Assembly (NCBI GenBank): GCA_013416795.1
Contig: RQSC01000015.1
Location: 679,218-743,217, forward strand
DNA from: Prasinococcaceae sp. CCMP 1430
Taxonomy: Eukaryota; Plantae; Prasinodermophyta
DNA length: 64,000 nt
Direction of reading: 5' to 3'
Below the pieces are notes generated by a model that worked only from the letters and a program-made list of their open reading frames with translations, was not told the origin of the DNA and made no database searches. Made by a program: the position numbers and the translations under genes. This document shows, in pieces, positions 1 through 11,796 of this stretch. Every line of letters begins with the position of its first letter. Position 1 is the first letter of the stretch.

Positions 1-918
1 GTGCTGCGAGGGCGCTGCGAGGGCTCGCGGTGTCGGCGTCAGCTGATGCCCGTCTCGTACGCACGTGGGCAAGCCAAGCCACCCCACCCCCTCCATTGCC
101 CTGCGCGCTCGAGAAAGCATGCAAACAAGAATCTGCGCGCACCTCTTAGTGCCCGCATTGCTAGCCGCGTCGGCCTCTTCGACGGCTTCTGCTGCGGCGG
201 CGAGCTCTGCCTTGTGTTCCTCCTCAAGCAACGGCAGCGTAGCCGCCGCGAAAGCCTGAGGCGTCAGCCGCCGGCCCTCACCCTCGCCGGCGCACTCCCC
301 CGCGGCCAGTGCGTGCCAGCCCCCGCTCTCCCTCCCCACAGCACCGGACACCGCATCGCTGATGAGCTCGTGCAAGCGGTGCTCAGCGCTCGCACGGAGG
401 TGATCCCATAGCACCGCGCACAGCGCAGCGTCGGTCGCCAATGCGTCGCTGTTCGGCTCGGCCGTACGACCGGGAGGGAGCGCGCCCGCGGTGGCTGCTG
501 CAGTCGGCGCATCCATGTGCACCGACAGCCACACACGCCGCGTGCCGGCGTCGACATCGCCGACACTCGCATGGGCGAGGCCAAGGTCCTCAGCGACAGC
601 GTGCAGCCAGCGGCGGCGCCGCGCGTCCAGAGACGCTGGGAACACCACCGAGTCGTAAGGGGCTGCAAGGCTCGCTGCGGGAGCATCGGCGGCGAGGGCG
701 CGTGCACGTCAGCGGCACGCACGCGCACGCGCTTACGACGCAGTCGTACCTTCGAGTGCAGCAGACTCATCCTGAGCCCCTGTGCCGCCTTCTGTCGCCC
801 CCGGCTTGCCAGGCCCTCTGCCGCCGGCCCTGGCCTCCTGCCTCGCGCGTCGCCGCGCAGCAAACGCCTCGCGCCGCCGCGTCGCTGCTCCTGCCTTGTC
901 TTCCTTGCCGGATGGCAT
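1..918 (-). CDS. 5' part of an IGHMBP2/SMUBP-2-like SF1 helicase with an N-terminal R3H domain (runs off the window start)
   Basis: Manual splice: exon 918-750 (MPSGKEDK...AALE), intron 749-675 (GTACG...CCGCAG), exon 674-143. Translation gives VVFPASLDARRRRWLHAVAEDLGLAHASVGD...RRVWL (R3H pattern), then PQAFAAATLPLLEEEHKAEL, resembling the start of SMUBP-2 helicases. Next donor GTGCG at 142. Helicase core not visible. Confidence 0.5.
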
Positions 919-1407
919 TGCGCGCACGCGCGCGCGAGTGGCGCGGAGAGCGCGCGGCGGGGCGCAGCAGGCGCGTGGCGGGAAGCGGCCGGCGTGAGGC
1001 CCCCCGAAGGCGCCGGTGCGCCCGGCTTGGCGCACGCGGTGTGGCACGCCCCGCATCGACTCGACTGTACCATCGGAGTTGGCCTGCTGCAGCTGTGATT
1101 GGACATTCATTTTGAACTACGGATCGAGCAAGCGTCGTCAGCGCGCGTCCCGCCGCGCCACTGCGCGCGCCCGGGGCACCGCAGGCGACGACCGCGCGGC
1201 GCGGGGCCGCACCCTGCCGGCCCGAGCGTGCGCCCGCGGGATCGATTGCGCTGCTCGTCGCGGAGTGGTCGAGAAGGGAGCCACGCCCAGCGCGAGCGCG
1301 GTGCGAGGCAACGCTTGTGCGGTGCAGCAGTGCGCGCGGATTCATAGATCCCGCCTAATAAGGGGGGGGGCAGGTGCAGCAGCAGGGAGGGGTGCGCGGC
1401 GAGCGGT

Positions 1408-4400
1408 ATGAACGCCCCCACGGGATCGGATGAGGCAGCAACGGTCGCGCAGCTGGATAATGTGCTCACGCGGCTCGCCATGACTGACGACTCGAAGCTC
1501 GAGAGGGTGCTCGACAAGCTGCTGCCGCAGCTGGTTGCGCAGCTTGGCACAGCGGGGCCACAGGCGCGTGCGAAGCTGCTTGCGGTCCTCAGCCATGTCA
1601 ACAAGCGCGTGCGTTCGGTAGAAAGCATGCGCCTACCACTCACGGAGCTCGTCGCGCTGTATGGCCGGTCGGCGTCAGCGCCGCTCGTGCTAAACTTCGC
1701 GATCGTGTACATTGAGATGGCCTTTGCCCGCGCGACAAGAGAGGATTGCGCGGCCGTGGCCGCGCCGCTCCTCGAAGGCGTCGGCTGCCGCTCCGAACAG
1801 CACAAGCCGATTCTCCTTCGCACGGCGGTGGACGGCCTCGCCGCTCTGGAGAAAGAAGGCGGTGCTGCCGCGAGCGTCGACAGTGTCCGCGCCGATTTCA
1901 CCTTCCTGCGTTCGGAGCTGGACAAGGCTACCTTCATGGCCTTTGCCAGGGACTGCATGCTCTACGCGCCGCCGAGCGCGCGTGCTGCGAGTGCGCTCGA
2001 TGCGGCACAGGCGGCGGCGCAGGCAGGAGGCTCGGCAGCAGCTGTAGCGGCCAGAATGCCGAGCGAACGAACCGCCGCGGCTGCACGCGCCGCCGCGGCT
2101 GGCGTGCCGCAGTTCAACGCTGGCGCGGGTTTCTCGGCTGCACCGCCGGGGATGTCACGGGAGCGCGTTGATGCCGTCAGGGGCAAGACGCCGGTCGACA
2201 CCGACATCGCCACGCGGCGCAAGCTCGCGCTGCAGTGGTTTCTGGCGAAAGCTGGCATGCCACCCGCCGAAGTCTACCCGGTCGCGTTGATCGGTGCGGA
2301 GGACTCGTCGGGTGCGGTGGTCACACGCGCCGAGGAGATGCTCGCGAAGCAGTGCTTCTCGGTGGACCTCGACAGCCATGCGCTTGTGACCGAGTTGCTG
2401 CGTCTGCACCAGGGCACAGGTGTGGGAACGCCAGGAGCACAGCAGCAGGGCGATCCTGCGGCGGCCGACCCTGCGTTCGTGAACGCCGCTTCGCCGGGTC
2501 TCAAGGCGCGCATCATTTCAACATTTGTGCGCTCTGTTGCGGCAGCTAATAGCTACCCGCGCATGCTCGCGGTCGTCTTCGACGGCTTGTTTGGGGCAGA
2601 TACCACACCCAGGCTGAAGCAACTCAGTATGGAGCTCGTCGCATGGTCGTTCAAGCATGGATCGGACAGCCAGCTCGTTCCCGTGGCACCCGTGGTACTC
2701 CAGGGCCTACTGAAGCAGCTTGACTCAGGCGTTGGTGTGGGCGTCTCTGGCAACGCGGCTGACGCTCCAGCGGTCGCGTTGCGACAATTCACCTACTCGG
2801 CTCTCGGCCAGCTCTGTCGACGCGCGCCTAAGCTAGTTGCAAGTGACGCGGCGCTCGCATCCAGGCTATTCCGCGCGGCAGGGGAAGAATCTGCTGCATT
2901 GGTCTCCTCAGTCGCAGACGCACTGCTCTCGCTCTCAATCGCCACCAAGGCTCTCGATGCCAAAGGCGGCGTATCGCCGGAACTGCAGCGCGCACTTTTA
3001 GCTCTCATCGAAGGGTCTGCGACCAGCGCCGTCCGCGCCGCCCGCCTGGCCGCAGCACAGTGGGCTAGCGACGTCTTCCCCTTCAGCCACGCCGGCGCGC
3101 GCCGCGTGGCTGCACTGTGCGCGGGTGATGACGCCATGGACGTTCGCGAGGAAGGCCTGCGCGGTCTCACCCCCCCCGCGAAAGGCGATGGCTCCAGCAC
3201 TACCTGGCCTTCAAGTGGGGATATGCTGCGCCGTGCGCTCGCTGCAAATGCCGCCCTCGACATGGAGGCAAAGCAGGGCGAGGCATTACTCATGCCGCCG
3301 AAACAGTATGCAGCGTTCGTGCGCTTCGTGCGCACCTGTCGCGAGCGTGAGGAGGCAGGGCAACAACTCGATATGCCCGAGGCGAACAAGACCGCTGAGG
3401 TGGCACTTTCTGACCGCCTGTACGAGCAGCTCCTCTCACATGCGCTTGTGCCGGCGGGCGACGGCGAGCTGCACGCTCTTGCGTCAGGCGCCATCCTCGC
3501 GCATGCTGGCGCGGGACGAGGGGCCGAGGCCGCTGACAAGGCCGGCGTCACTTGGGCCCCGCGCGTTGGATGGCTGCAGACGTTCCTCGGTCACACAGAT
3601 CGCCGTGCGCGCTCGGCGATGGCACAGATGGTCGGCATTGCAGCACGTGGGCTCAGCAGCGCGGACGCGGCCAAATTGCTGGCAAATCTCGCCGGCCGCT
3701 TTTCGGCCAAGCGCTTCGAGGACGCTGATGGCGCCCTACGGGCGGCAGGCTTTGTCATGGCGCAGCGCAGAACGCGCTCGGCGATGGACGCCGACGAGGT
3801 GAAGGCGTGTGAAGACACAGCAGCTGCCATGGTGGGCATGCTGCCCATGCCGAAGGGTGACGCTGCTCAGGAGTGTGGGGTTGCCACGTCTTCGTCGAGC
3901 CCAGTGCCGGCTGAGCTGCAAGCGACCGTTGCACTTGGGCTTGGGTACGTAGGTCTCACCGGGCCGTTGCCTGTCGGTGACACAGCCAACATCGACGCGG
4001 CTGTGGCCCGCGTAGTGCTTCTGCTCAAGGCGCCGGAACCTGCAGTCGTCTCGCATGCAGCGACATCGCTTGGTTTCATTGCCGGTGGCGACTCGCGCGT
4101 TGCTGTTGGCGAGGCCTGTGTCGGCGCCATGTTCGGCCAGGTGCTCAACAAGAGCGAATCCGTGCAATTCGCCATCGGCGAGGCGCTCGCTTTCGCGTTC
4201 GGTGGGTCGCAGGGCTGCCTGCCTGTCCCCGTCGAAGAGGTGCTCGGCGGCGAGTTCGCATCGCTCGCAGAGTCGCCACGCTTCTCGGAGGGCGTATCTC
4301 CCAACGCCGATGCTGAAGGTGGCCGAGCGGATGACACCATGGACGCTGAAGGGGGCGAGCACGGGGCGGGAGCGCCGGAGGCGGGGGATCGGATGCATTG

Positions 4401-7369
4401 TGTGGGCGTACAGAAGTACGTGCTCGACGAACTCTTCGGAAAGCATGTGTACGACAGCCGTGCGAATGCGCGCGCCAGCGGCACGGTGTGGCTCCTGAGC
4501 GTCATCCGCTTTTGCGGCAATGACTGCGCAGGCGCACAAGAGGCCCTGCCCGAGGCACAGGAAGCGTTCGGCCAGCTACTGGGCGACACGCACGAACTGA
4601 CGTCTGAGATGGCTAGCCGTGGCATGAGCATCGTGTACCAGCTTGGCGATCCGACCACGCGCGCGCGCCTTGTACAGGATCTCGTAGACAACCTTACCGG
4701 TAAGGTCAAGCGCAACCGCCGCATCAAGGTTGCGGGCGACACCGAGGTCTTTCAGTCGGGCTCGATGGGCGAGACACCTGATGGGAAGGGCTTGTCCACG
4801 TACAAGGAGCTCTGCTCGCTCGCGTCTGAAATGGGCAAACCCGACCTTGTGTACAAGTTCATGGACTTGGCCAACCATCAGGCGAGCCTGAAGAGCGCTC
4901 GCGGCGCGGCGTTCGGCGCGATGGGCGTGGCCGCGCAGGCGGGCGAGGCACTCGCTCCTCACCTGCCAAAGCTCTTCCCAAAGCTCTACCGCATGCAGTA
5001 CGACCCTTCACCCGCTGTGCAGGATGCCATGTCGGGCATTATCAAATCGCTGGTGGATGACGTGCGCGGTGCTGTCGACAAATACTACGCAGAGGTCATG
5101 GCCGAGTGCATCAGCAGCATTAGCGGCAGACTGTGGCGCTCGCGCGAGGCCGCGTGCTGTGCGGCAGCGGACGCACTCTCGGGGCGGCCGCACGAGCTTA
5201 TTGCACCGCACCTGGAGCAGCTCTGGACCCTGTCGCTGCGTGCGCTGGACGACATCAAGGAGACCGTTCGCAGCGCCGCCACGACACTCGCACGAGCGCT
5301 CGCATCAAACACGCTGCGGTTGGTCGATCCAAAGCTCACCAAGCCGGATCTGTGCGCGAGCACGGCTGCGTCCGTGTTCCCCATCATCCTCGAGAAGGGT
5401 ATCACGTCGTCCGCCAAGGAAGTGTCAGCATTTTCGGTCGGATTCCTCATCAAATTGGTGGAGGCCGCCGGCGAGCAGTGCCGGCCGCACATTCCTGACG
5501 TAGCCGTGTGCATGCTCGAGGCGATGTCCACGATGGAGAGTGCTACCATCAATTACCTCAGCCTGCACTCTCAAAAGGTGCGCATCGAAGAGAGGGCGCC
5601 ACTGCTCGGCGTTCGCGCTGACAGGTGCCGCCGCGCTGCTGTGCGCATTGCTGACCCGCGTCACTCGCATGCGCGTCCTACCGGTGCCGCCCTCTCGCCA
5701 GTACGACATTGACACTGCCAAGCTCGAAGAGGCGCGGGCGAACGCCAACTCTGGCTCGCCTGCACACGACGCGCTGCAACTCTGCGTACGCTTCCTGGAT
5801 GAGGAGAGTCTCGCCGCGCTCGTGCCGAGACTCACGTCGCTGGCAGGCTCTGGGGTGGGCCTCCCGACGAGGGTGGGTGTCGCCAAGCTCACGCAGAGCC
5901 TCGCTGCGCGCCACGCCTCGTCCGTGAAACCCCACGCGAAGACGCTCTGCAAGGCATTCATCTCTGGCGCCGACCGCGAGTCTAGCGCCGCCACGCGCAA
6001 GGCGTACTACGCCGCAGTTGCTGCCTTGACCAAGCTCATGTCGGCGAAGGCGATCGGCAAAATCGTGGACAATGCCGTGCACGCCGCCGAGCGCGACGAG
6101 GATGGCGCGGTGCGCTCTGCGCAGCTGTTGCGTGAGATCAGCCGAGGTTCGCCTGATGCGCTCGCGCCGCACCTCTCGGCCATCCTACCGCTGGCATTTC
6201 TGCTGAAACACTCGACCGTCGCCGACCCTTCGCGGCCCGGCAAGACGAAGCAGACGCCTATCGGTGCCGCCTTTGCGGACGTGTGGGACGAAAACACTGC
6301 GAGTGCCGCGTCTAGCCTGCGCCTCTACCAGAAGGAGTGTGTGGGCAGAGTTGTGGAGGCGCTGCAGGCGTCCTCGTATGAACGCAAGCGTGAGGGTGCA
6401 CGCGCGGCGATCACTCTGGCCACGGAGCTCAAGGGTGATGTGGCGAGCAACGGTGCTGCCGCAGAAGTGATACCAGCATTAGTGGCCAACGTGCCCGGGC
6501 GCATCTACGAGGGCAAAGAGGAAGTACTCGACGCGATAGGCACCGTGGTGTCTACATCCGCGAAGGCAATGTGCGCCGAGGGCGCCACAGTCGGAAACAG
6601 TGGTGCCTGCGAGGATGCTGCATCCTCGTTGGTCGCTTCACTGAAGCGCGGGCAGACCAAGTGGAGAGAGGCGGCCACTGCCGCGCTGAGCTCGATCGTG
6701 AGCGCCATGAGCGCCGAGCCCGCGTGTGCCACCCGGAGCAAGGTCCTGGCGCTCTGTGTGCCGACGCTCCTACAGAGTGCGAGCGGAGCCCTGGAGGGTG
6801 ACGATGATGGCAGCTCTGGAGGCTTGCCGAGCGAGGGCTCTGGCAAGGTCATGGGCGCGGTGGGCGCCAAAGCGGAAGAAGAAGCGGCGCGCGCGGTCGC
6901 AGATGCGCGCGTTGCGACAGTCTCGATGCGAGCGCGGCGCGCGGCAGCTCTGCGCGCGCTGTGTGCGCTGCTTCGCGACGCTGGAGAGGCGGCACTGGTC
7001 GAGGCCGGCGCGACCGTCGAGGCGTGCGCTGCTTCAGCCGTGTCTGCCACCGCCGACGCCTCGGCGTGGGAGGCGCAGGTTGCGGCATTGGAGCTTGCCG
7101 TGGTGATGTTCGAGGCGCCATCCTCGTCCAGTGCTGCATGGGCTGGTGACCTGCTCGCCGCGTGCTTGAGCTGCGCCGATGCCACCGCCAACGGCTCGAC
7201 GTCCCAAGCGCGCGAGGCCGCCATGGGCGCGCTGGCAGCGTGCATGGGCGGCATGAGTGTGGGCGATAGCACTGCCGCCGACCGCGCCCGCGCGAGCATA
7301 GAAAAAGCTGCGCAGCATGATGGCTCCGGCTCCGTGCGCGCCGCCGCGTTGCGGGCGCTCGACAGGTGA
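1408..7369 (+). CDS. ECM29: Proteasome adaptor/scaffold ECM29 (HEAT repeats), 2 exons: 1408-5577 and 5702-7369
   Basis: N-terminus LDNVLTRLAMTDDSKLERVLDKLLP...LAVLSHVNKRV; central STYKELCSLASEMGKPDLVYKFMDLANH and KLFPKLYRMQYDP; GRLWRSREAAC. Phase-0 intron 5578-5701 (GTGCGC...CGCCAG) joins the two long ORFs in frame. Confidence 0.9.
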
Positions 7370-7425
7370 GCACACTCTAATAGTACGATTTCACATGCGA
7401 TTAACCCGCTATCTCGCGCTCGCGC

Positions 7426-10400
7426 TCATCGCATCGTCCTGGCGATACTTTTCCTCAGCATCGAGTTGCTCTTGAGAAGCTCGTCACCCTGCACGCTCGA
7501 CAAGGAATCGGGCGTGGCTTGCTCGTCATCCTTTAGCTTTTGCTTTGGATGCTCTCGGTGAGATTCGCCGGTGGTGTCGGCGCCGCCTGCATCGAGGCTG
7601 GGCGGCAGCAAAGGTACCTCTGCAACGGGCACATTGGCGCCGCACGCGTCCTTGAGTTGCGCATTCTCGTCGCAGATGGCACTCAAGAGAGCCTCAGTCG
7701 CGTGGTCGTGTTGTTGCGTCTTTGCGATCAAACCCTGCGCCAGGCGACGGGCGGCAAGCAGTTCACTGGCAAGCGAGTCGACTACTGCATTGCTCAGCGA
7801 GCCGGCGGCGGTCCGAGCCCCAGAGCCGCCCCCTTCGTTGCGGGCACTGGCGTCGGCATGCGCGTGGGCACCCGCATCGGCATGAACTGCCGCCCCTGAT
7901 TCGTTGTCGAACGTAGCCTGCGCGTCCGCAAAGCCATCTTCCGGGCCGAGACAATCGGCGGAATCGTGGCTCCCCTCGACCACATCTTCCTGGGACGTTG
8001 TGTGCTCCGCTGGCACGGGAATGCCAGCGGCCGGCGCGGCAATTGTGTGTGTGTGCACGTTGTCGTCGGCCCGCTGGTCAGCGGCACCGATGGGGGCGAG
8101 CTCCGCGCGTCCTCCCTTGCGCGCGTGTGCAGATTTGGAATGATCGCCACGAGCCTTCGCCTTGGCCTCCGCGGCTTCGAGCCTCTTCTTGAGCACTTTG
8201 ACAGCCCTCTTGAAGAGAGCGCGCTCCTTCGTTGAGGCCTCTGCCCTTGCGCGCAGCCGCACCACCTCATCACGTAGCGGCGCGAGGCGAGCGCAGCGCT
8301 CACGTGCGCGCTCGGCCTCCCCCCGCGCCGCATCGCGCTCCTCTCTGAGGGCCGCAGCAGCGCGCCGCGCCGACGTGGCAGCCGCTGCCTCGACCTCAGC
8401 ATCCGCCGCCTTGGCGCTGCACTTTGTTGCCTGGGCTACCGCCTCCGATGCCGCCGACTCAAGAACACTGATCCTCTCGTTGAGCGTTTGAATGGTTCTC
8501 CTCGCCTCAGCGGCGCCCTCCTCCAAGGCACCCGCGCGGGCATCGGCGGCCGATGCAGCATTCGTTGCGGCCGCTTGTTTTCGCTCAGCCTCGTCGCATG
8601 CCGCACGAGCAGCTAGGATATCTTTCTGTGCCTGCTCGTACTGTGCCTTGATCGCTGACAGCGACACGTCCGTGGTGTGGGAGCGCTTACGCAGCTTTGC
8701 ATGCGCCTCCTCGGCCTCCTTCTGCTTCTTGAGCGCCTCGGCGATCTTTGCTTCAGCTGCGCTGGCCCGTCTCTCCGCATTGCGCTTAGCACTGCGCACA
8801 CGAGCGAGCTCTTCGGCAGCGCTTGTGGCTTGCTTCTCGAAGGCGGCCCGGGACTTGACCTTCTTGTCAAGTGCATCGCGCTCGGATTCGAGCGAGTGCA
8901 CGCGCTCTGTAGCGGCGCGCTCCGCGCGGCGACAGGCTGCGGCCTTCGATCGAGCCAACTCCGCCGACTCGTACGCCTCGGCGGCAGATGCCTCGGCAGC
9001 CTCCGCCCGCTTTCCGGCGTCAACGAGAGCGGCCTGCTTGGCGACGAGATCAGTCTCTACTGCGGCAGCCTTACGCTCTGCCGATGCAGCTTGAGCCTCC
9101 ACATCTTTGAGGGCCTCGATGCGCTCGTTGGCAGAGTCCAATTTCTTTTGCAGTCTTTCACACTTGGCATTGGATGCGTCCAGGGCAGCCGCCGATCTCT
9201 GAGCTGCCTCCGTGAAGCGCGCGACCTCGTCCGCGTGCAGCCTCTTGAGCGTTTCTGCGCGATTCACCGTCCCCGAGTGCATGTCCAAAGCTCTCGATGC
9301 CTCGACCTTGTACTCGTCGGCTGCGCGCTTGGCGTGCTCGAGCTCGCGCAGGGCAGTATGCGCCTCGGCGCTAGCCGCGGCGGCGCGGGCGTCCGCATGC
9401 TGAACCTCTGCTTCGGCTTTTGCGCCGCGCGCCGCGGCTGCCTTTGCGGCCGCTGCCGTCTCGTCCACAGCCTTGATGAGGCTCGCGCTTTGCTCCTTGG
9501 CGGCGAGCACTTCAAGCTTCGCAGCGCGTGCGTCGCTCTGAGCCGTCTCGAGTTGAGCAAGCAGCTCCCTCTGCTGCTCCTCGGAGGCGTTCAGCTGTTC
9601 ACGCATTCGCTCGACTAGGGCAGCCGCGGCCTCAGTAGCTGCAGCCTCGGCTTGTGCGGCTGCGTGTGCCTCAGCAGTCGGACGGGGACTGCCGACGGCA
9701 ACCATTTCTCTGCTGTGCACGCTCTCGGCCATCTCTCTGTGCTGTGCGCGCATCGCGTCGACTGCCTCGTTAGCGTCAACAACGCGGCGCTCGCTTTCCC
9801 TCAGTTTGCGCTCGAGCACTGCACACTTCTCGGTCAATGCCGCTTTGTGAGCCTCAGCATGGCGGCGGCGGCGCTCGGAAGAGAGCAGGGCCTCGGCGCC
9901 TGCCTTCTCAACGGCCGTGCAGCGCGCCTCGGTGTCCCGGACGTTCTTGGAAGCCCCGTCGATCGCACTTCGCAAACGCTGCAACTCCTGCTCTGCGGCA
10001 ATCACAGCGCTCTCCAACGCCTGTCGCCTCGCCACCTCGGCCGCGTGTGTCTCGTCCGCCTTGATGAGCTCCTCCGCGTTGGGATGCGCCGCCATCTCAG
10101 CGCGGGCCTTCGCAGCGTCCTCTTCGGCCCGCCTCGCCTTCTCCTCTGCAAAGGCCACCTGTGCCCTCCAACGCTCGGCCTGGGCCGCGGCCTCATCGGC
10201 ACGCTGCTCTGCCTCCACCACGCGCGAGTCGGCAGCGTCCAGACGGCGAAATGCCTCTGCCACACGTCGACGAAGGAGCTCCGACTCGGCGCACGGGGTC
10301 GGCGCTGCGGCGGCGGCGGCAGCAGTGGCGGTAGCCTCGGCCATGGCCGCCAGGGCAGACGGTGTACCGCTTTCGCCTCCTGGCGGCGATGGAAGCGATT

Positions 10401-11796
10401 GAGCCAGCGAGGCAGCGCACTCCGCCGCCTGCCATTCCGCCTCAAGCTGCGCTGCCTCCTCACGCGCCTCGGCAGCAGCGGCGGCGGCAGCGGCGGCAGT
10501 CTCGGCGCTCTTGAGGGCGGACCTGCGAATGGCTTCGAGGTCTCCCGCAGGCGACAGCAGCGCCCTGGAGCGTGCCTTGGATGCTGGCGTGCTCGCAGCC
10601 GACCATGTGCCCTGGACACCGCTCCTCCGACCGCCTTTAGGCCGCGAGGGCGTCACCAGGCCGGCCTCTTCCATCTCTCCAAATGCGCGCTGCAGCTCCC
10701 GCATCGGGCTGCACGGGCTAGAGAGACGCGCAGCGCGGTCGGTCACGTTACCTGTGCTGTCGATCACTGCCTTGACCGCGCGGGCCAGCCTGCGCACCCG
10801 CCCCTCGGCGGCACGGCGGCCGCCTTCGGCGGCAGCCAGCGCCTCCTGAAGCCTGTCTCGATCCGCCGTCGCGCTCTCGAAGGCCTCGTTGGCGAGGCGC
10901 AGCGCCGCCTCGGCCTCTTCGAGGCGCGCCTCGAGCGCATTGCACGCGGCGGCGCGCTCCTCAGTAGCCTCGGCGTCGTCCATCGCCACCGCAAGCGCCG
11001 CACCGACGCTGCAGTCAGCGGCCTCGGCGACGCTGCGGGCAGCGACAGCACGCGCCGCCGTCACGCTCGCCTCGCCGGCCTTGGCGTCGTCTGCGCGGCG
11101 CTCCGCCGCGGCCAGATCCTTGCGCGCGGCGGCCGCCGCGGCCGCCGCCTCCTTTGCCGCGCGCTCGGCCTTGGCGACACGCGAGCGCAGCTGCGCTCCC
11201 TCCGCAGCCATTTCCTTGCACTGACGCGTGAGCTCGGCCACCGTCTTGGCGGCTGAGGCGTGCGTCTCGCCGGGCGTGTCGCCTTCGTCGGCCTGGCGAT
11301 GGAGCAGGTCCTCTGCTTCGGCCTGCGTGGCCTCGAGCGCGCGGAGCATTTCTTGCTGAGCAGCAAGCGCGGCACGCAGCGCTGCATCCTCGCGTAGCAC
11401 CTCCTGCAGCCGCTGCAGCCCCGCCTTGTGCTTACACGCGAGCTCGAAGGCACGCCCACGCTCCGCCGCGAGAGCGCGCTCCGCATCGTCCGCGATGGCG
11501 GCGCGACTCTCGAGCTGCGCCGCCGCGGCCTCGGCGGCGGCGAGACGACCCGTGAGCTCCCGCACGCGTGACACCAACGCCTCGTTCTCCTTTAGCACTG
11601 CGCTCGAGTGTGCCCGCGCGAACGCCGCCACTTTGCGCGTGCTCTGTGCTGACGGCGGCACGTCACGCGCTGGTTTGGACCCTGCGGACGACGCGAAGTC
11701 GGCGTTTGGGCTCATCGCCGCCAGCGGGCTGCGCGCCCCCGCGCCTGGCCTCGTCGCCACCGCCGCCGTCGCGGGCGGTGACGCCGGCTCCTCCAT
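7426..11796 (-). CDS. Very long Ala/Glu-rich coiled-coil protein (~1450 aa), function unknown; start at 11796 or 11715
   Basis: Uninterrupted 1456-codon ORF with heptad-like A/E/K/R composition and a Ser/Pro-rich N-terminus and insert. No family motif recognised. Confidence 0.75.
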   Translation of the reverse strand: MEEPASPPATAAVATRPGAGARSPLAAMSPNADFASSAGSKPARDVPPSAQSTRKVAAFARAHSSAVLKENEALVSRVRELTGRLAAAEAAAAQLESRAAIADDAERALAAERGRAFELACKHKAGLQRLQEVLREDAALRAALAAQQEMLRALEATQAEAEDLLHRQADEGDTPGETHASAAKTVAELTRQCKEMAAEGAQLRSRVAKAERAAKEAAAAAAAARKDLAAAERRADDAKAGEASVTAARAVAARSVAEAADCSVGAALAVAMDDAEATEERAAACNALEARLEEAEAALRLANEAFESATADRDRLQEALAAAEGGRRAAEGRVRRLARAVKAVIDSTGNVTDRAARLSSPCSPMRELQRAFGEMEEAGLVTPSRPKGGRRSGVQGTWSAASTPASKARSRALLSPAGDLEAIRRSALKSAETAAAAAAAAAEAREEAAQLEAEWQAAECAASLAQSLPSPPGGESGTPSALAAMAEATATAAAAAAAPTPCAESELLRRRVAEAFRRLDAADSRVVEAEQRADEAAAQAERWRAQVAFAEEKARRAEEDAAKARAEMAAHPNAEELIKADETHAAEVARRQALESAVIAAEQELQRLRSAIDGASKNVRDTEARCTAVEKAGAEALLSSERRRRHAEAHKAALTEKCAVLERKLRESERRVVDANEAVDAMRAQHREMAESVHSREMVAVGSPRPTAEAHAAAQAEAAATEAAAALVERMREQLNASEEQQRELLAQLETAQSDARAAKLEVLAAKEQSASLIKAVDETAAAAKAAAARGAKAEAEVQHADARAAAASAEAHTALRELEHAKRAADEYKVEASRALDMHSGTVNRAETLKRLHADEVARFTEAAQRSAAALDASNAKCERLQKKLDSANERIEALKDVEAQAASAERKAAAVETDLVAKQAALVDAGKRAEAAEASAAEAYESAELARSKAAACRRAERAATERVHSLESERDALDKKVKSRAAFEKQATSAAEELARVRSAKRNAERRASAAEAKIAEALKKQKEAEEAHAKLRKRSHTTDVSLSAIKAQYEQAQKDILAARAACDEAERKQAAATNAASAADARAGALEEGAAEARRTIQTLNERISVLESAASEAVAQATKCSAKAADAEVEAAAATSARRAAAALREERDAARGEAERARERCARLAPLRDEVVRLRARAEASTKERALFKRAVKVLKKRLEAAEAKAKARGDHSKSAHARKGGRAELAPIGAADQRADDNVHTHTIAAPAAGIPVPAEHTTSQEDVVEGSHDSADCLGPEDGFADAQATFDNESGAAVHADAGAHAHADASARNEGGGSGARTAAGSLSNAVVDSLASELLAARRLAQGLIAKTQQHDHATEALLSAICDENAQLKDACGANVPVAEVPLLPPSLDAGGADTTGESHREHPKQKLKDDEQATPDSLSSVQGDELLKSNSMLRKSIARTMR

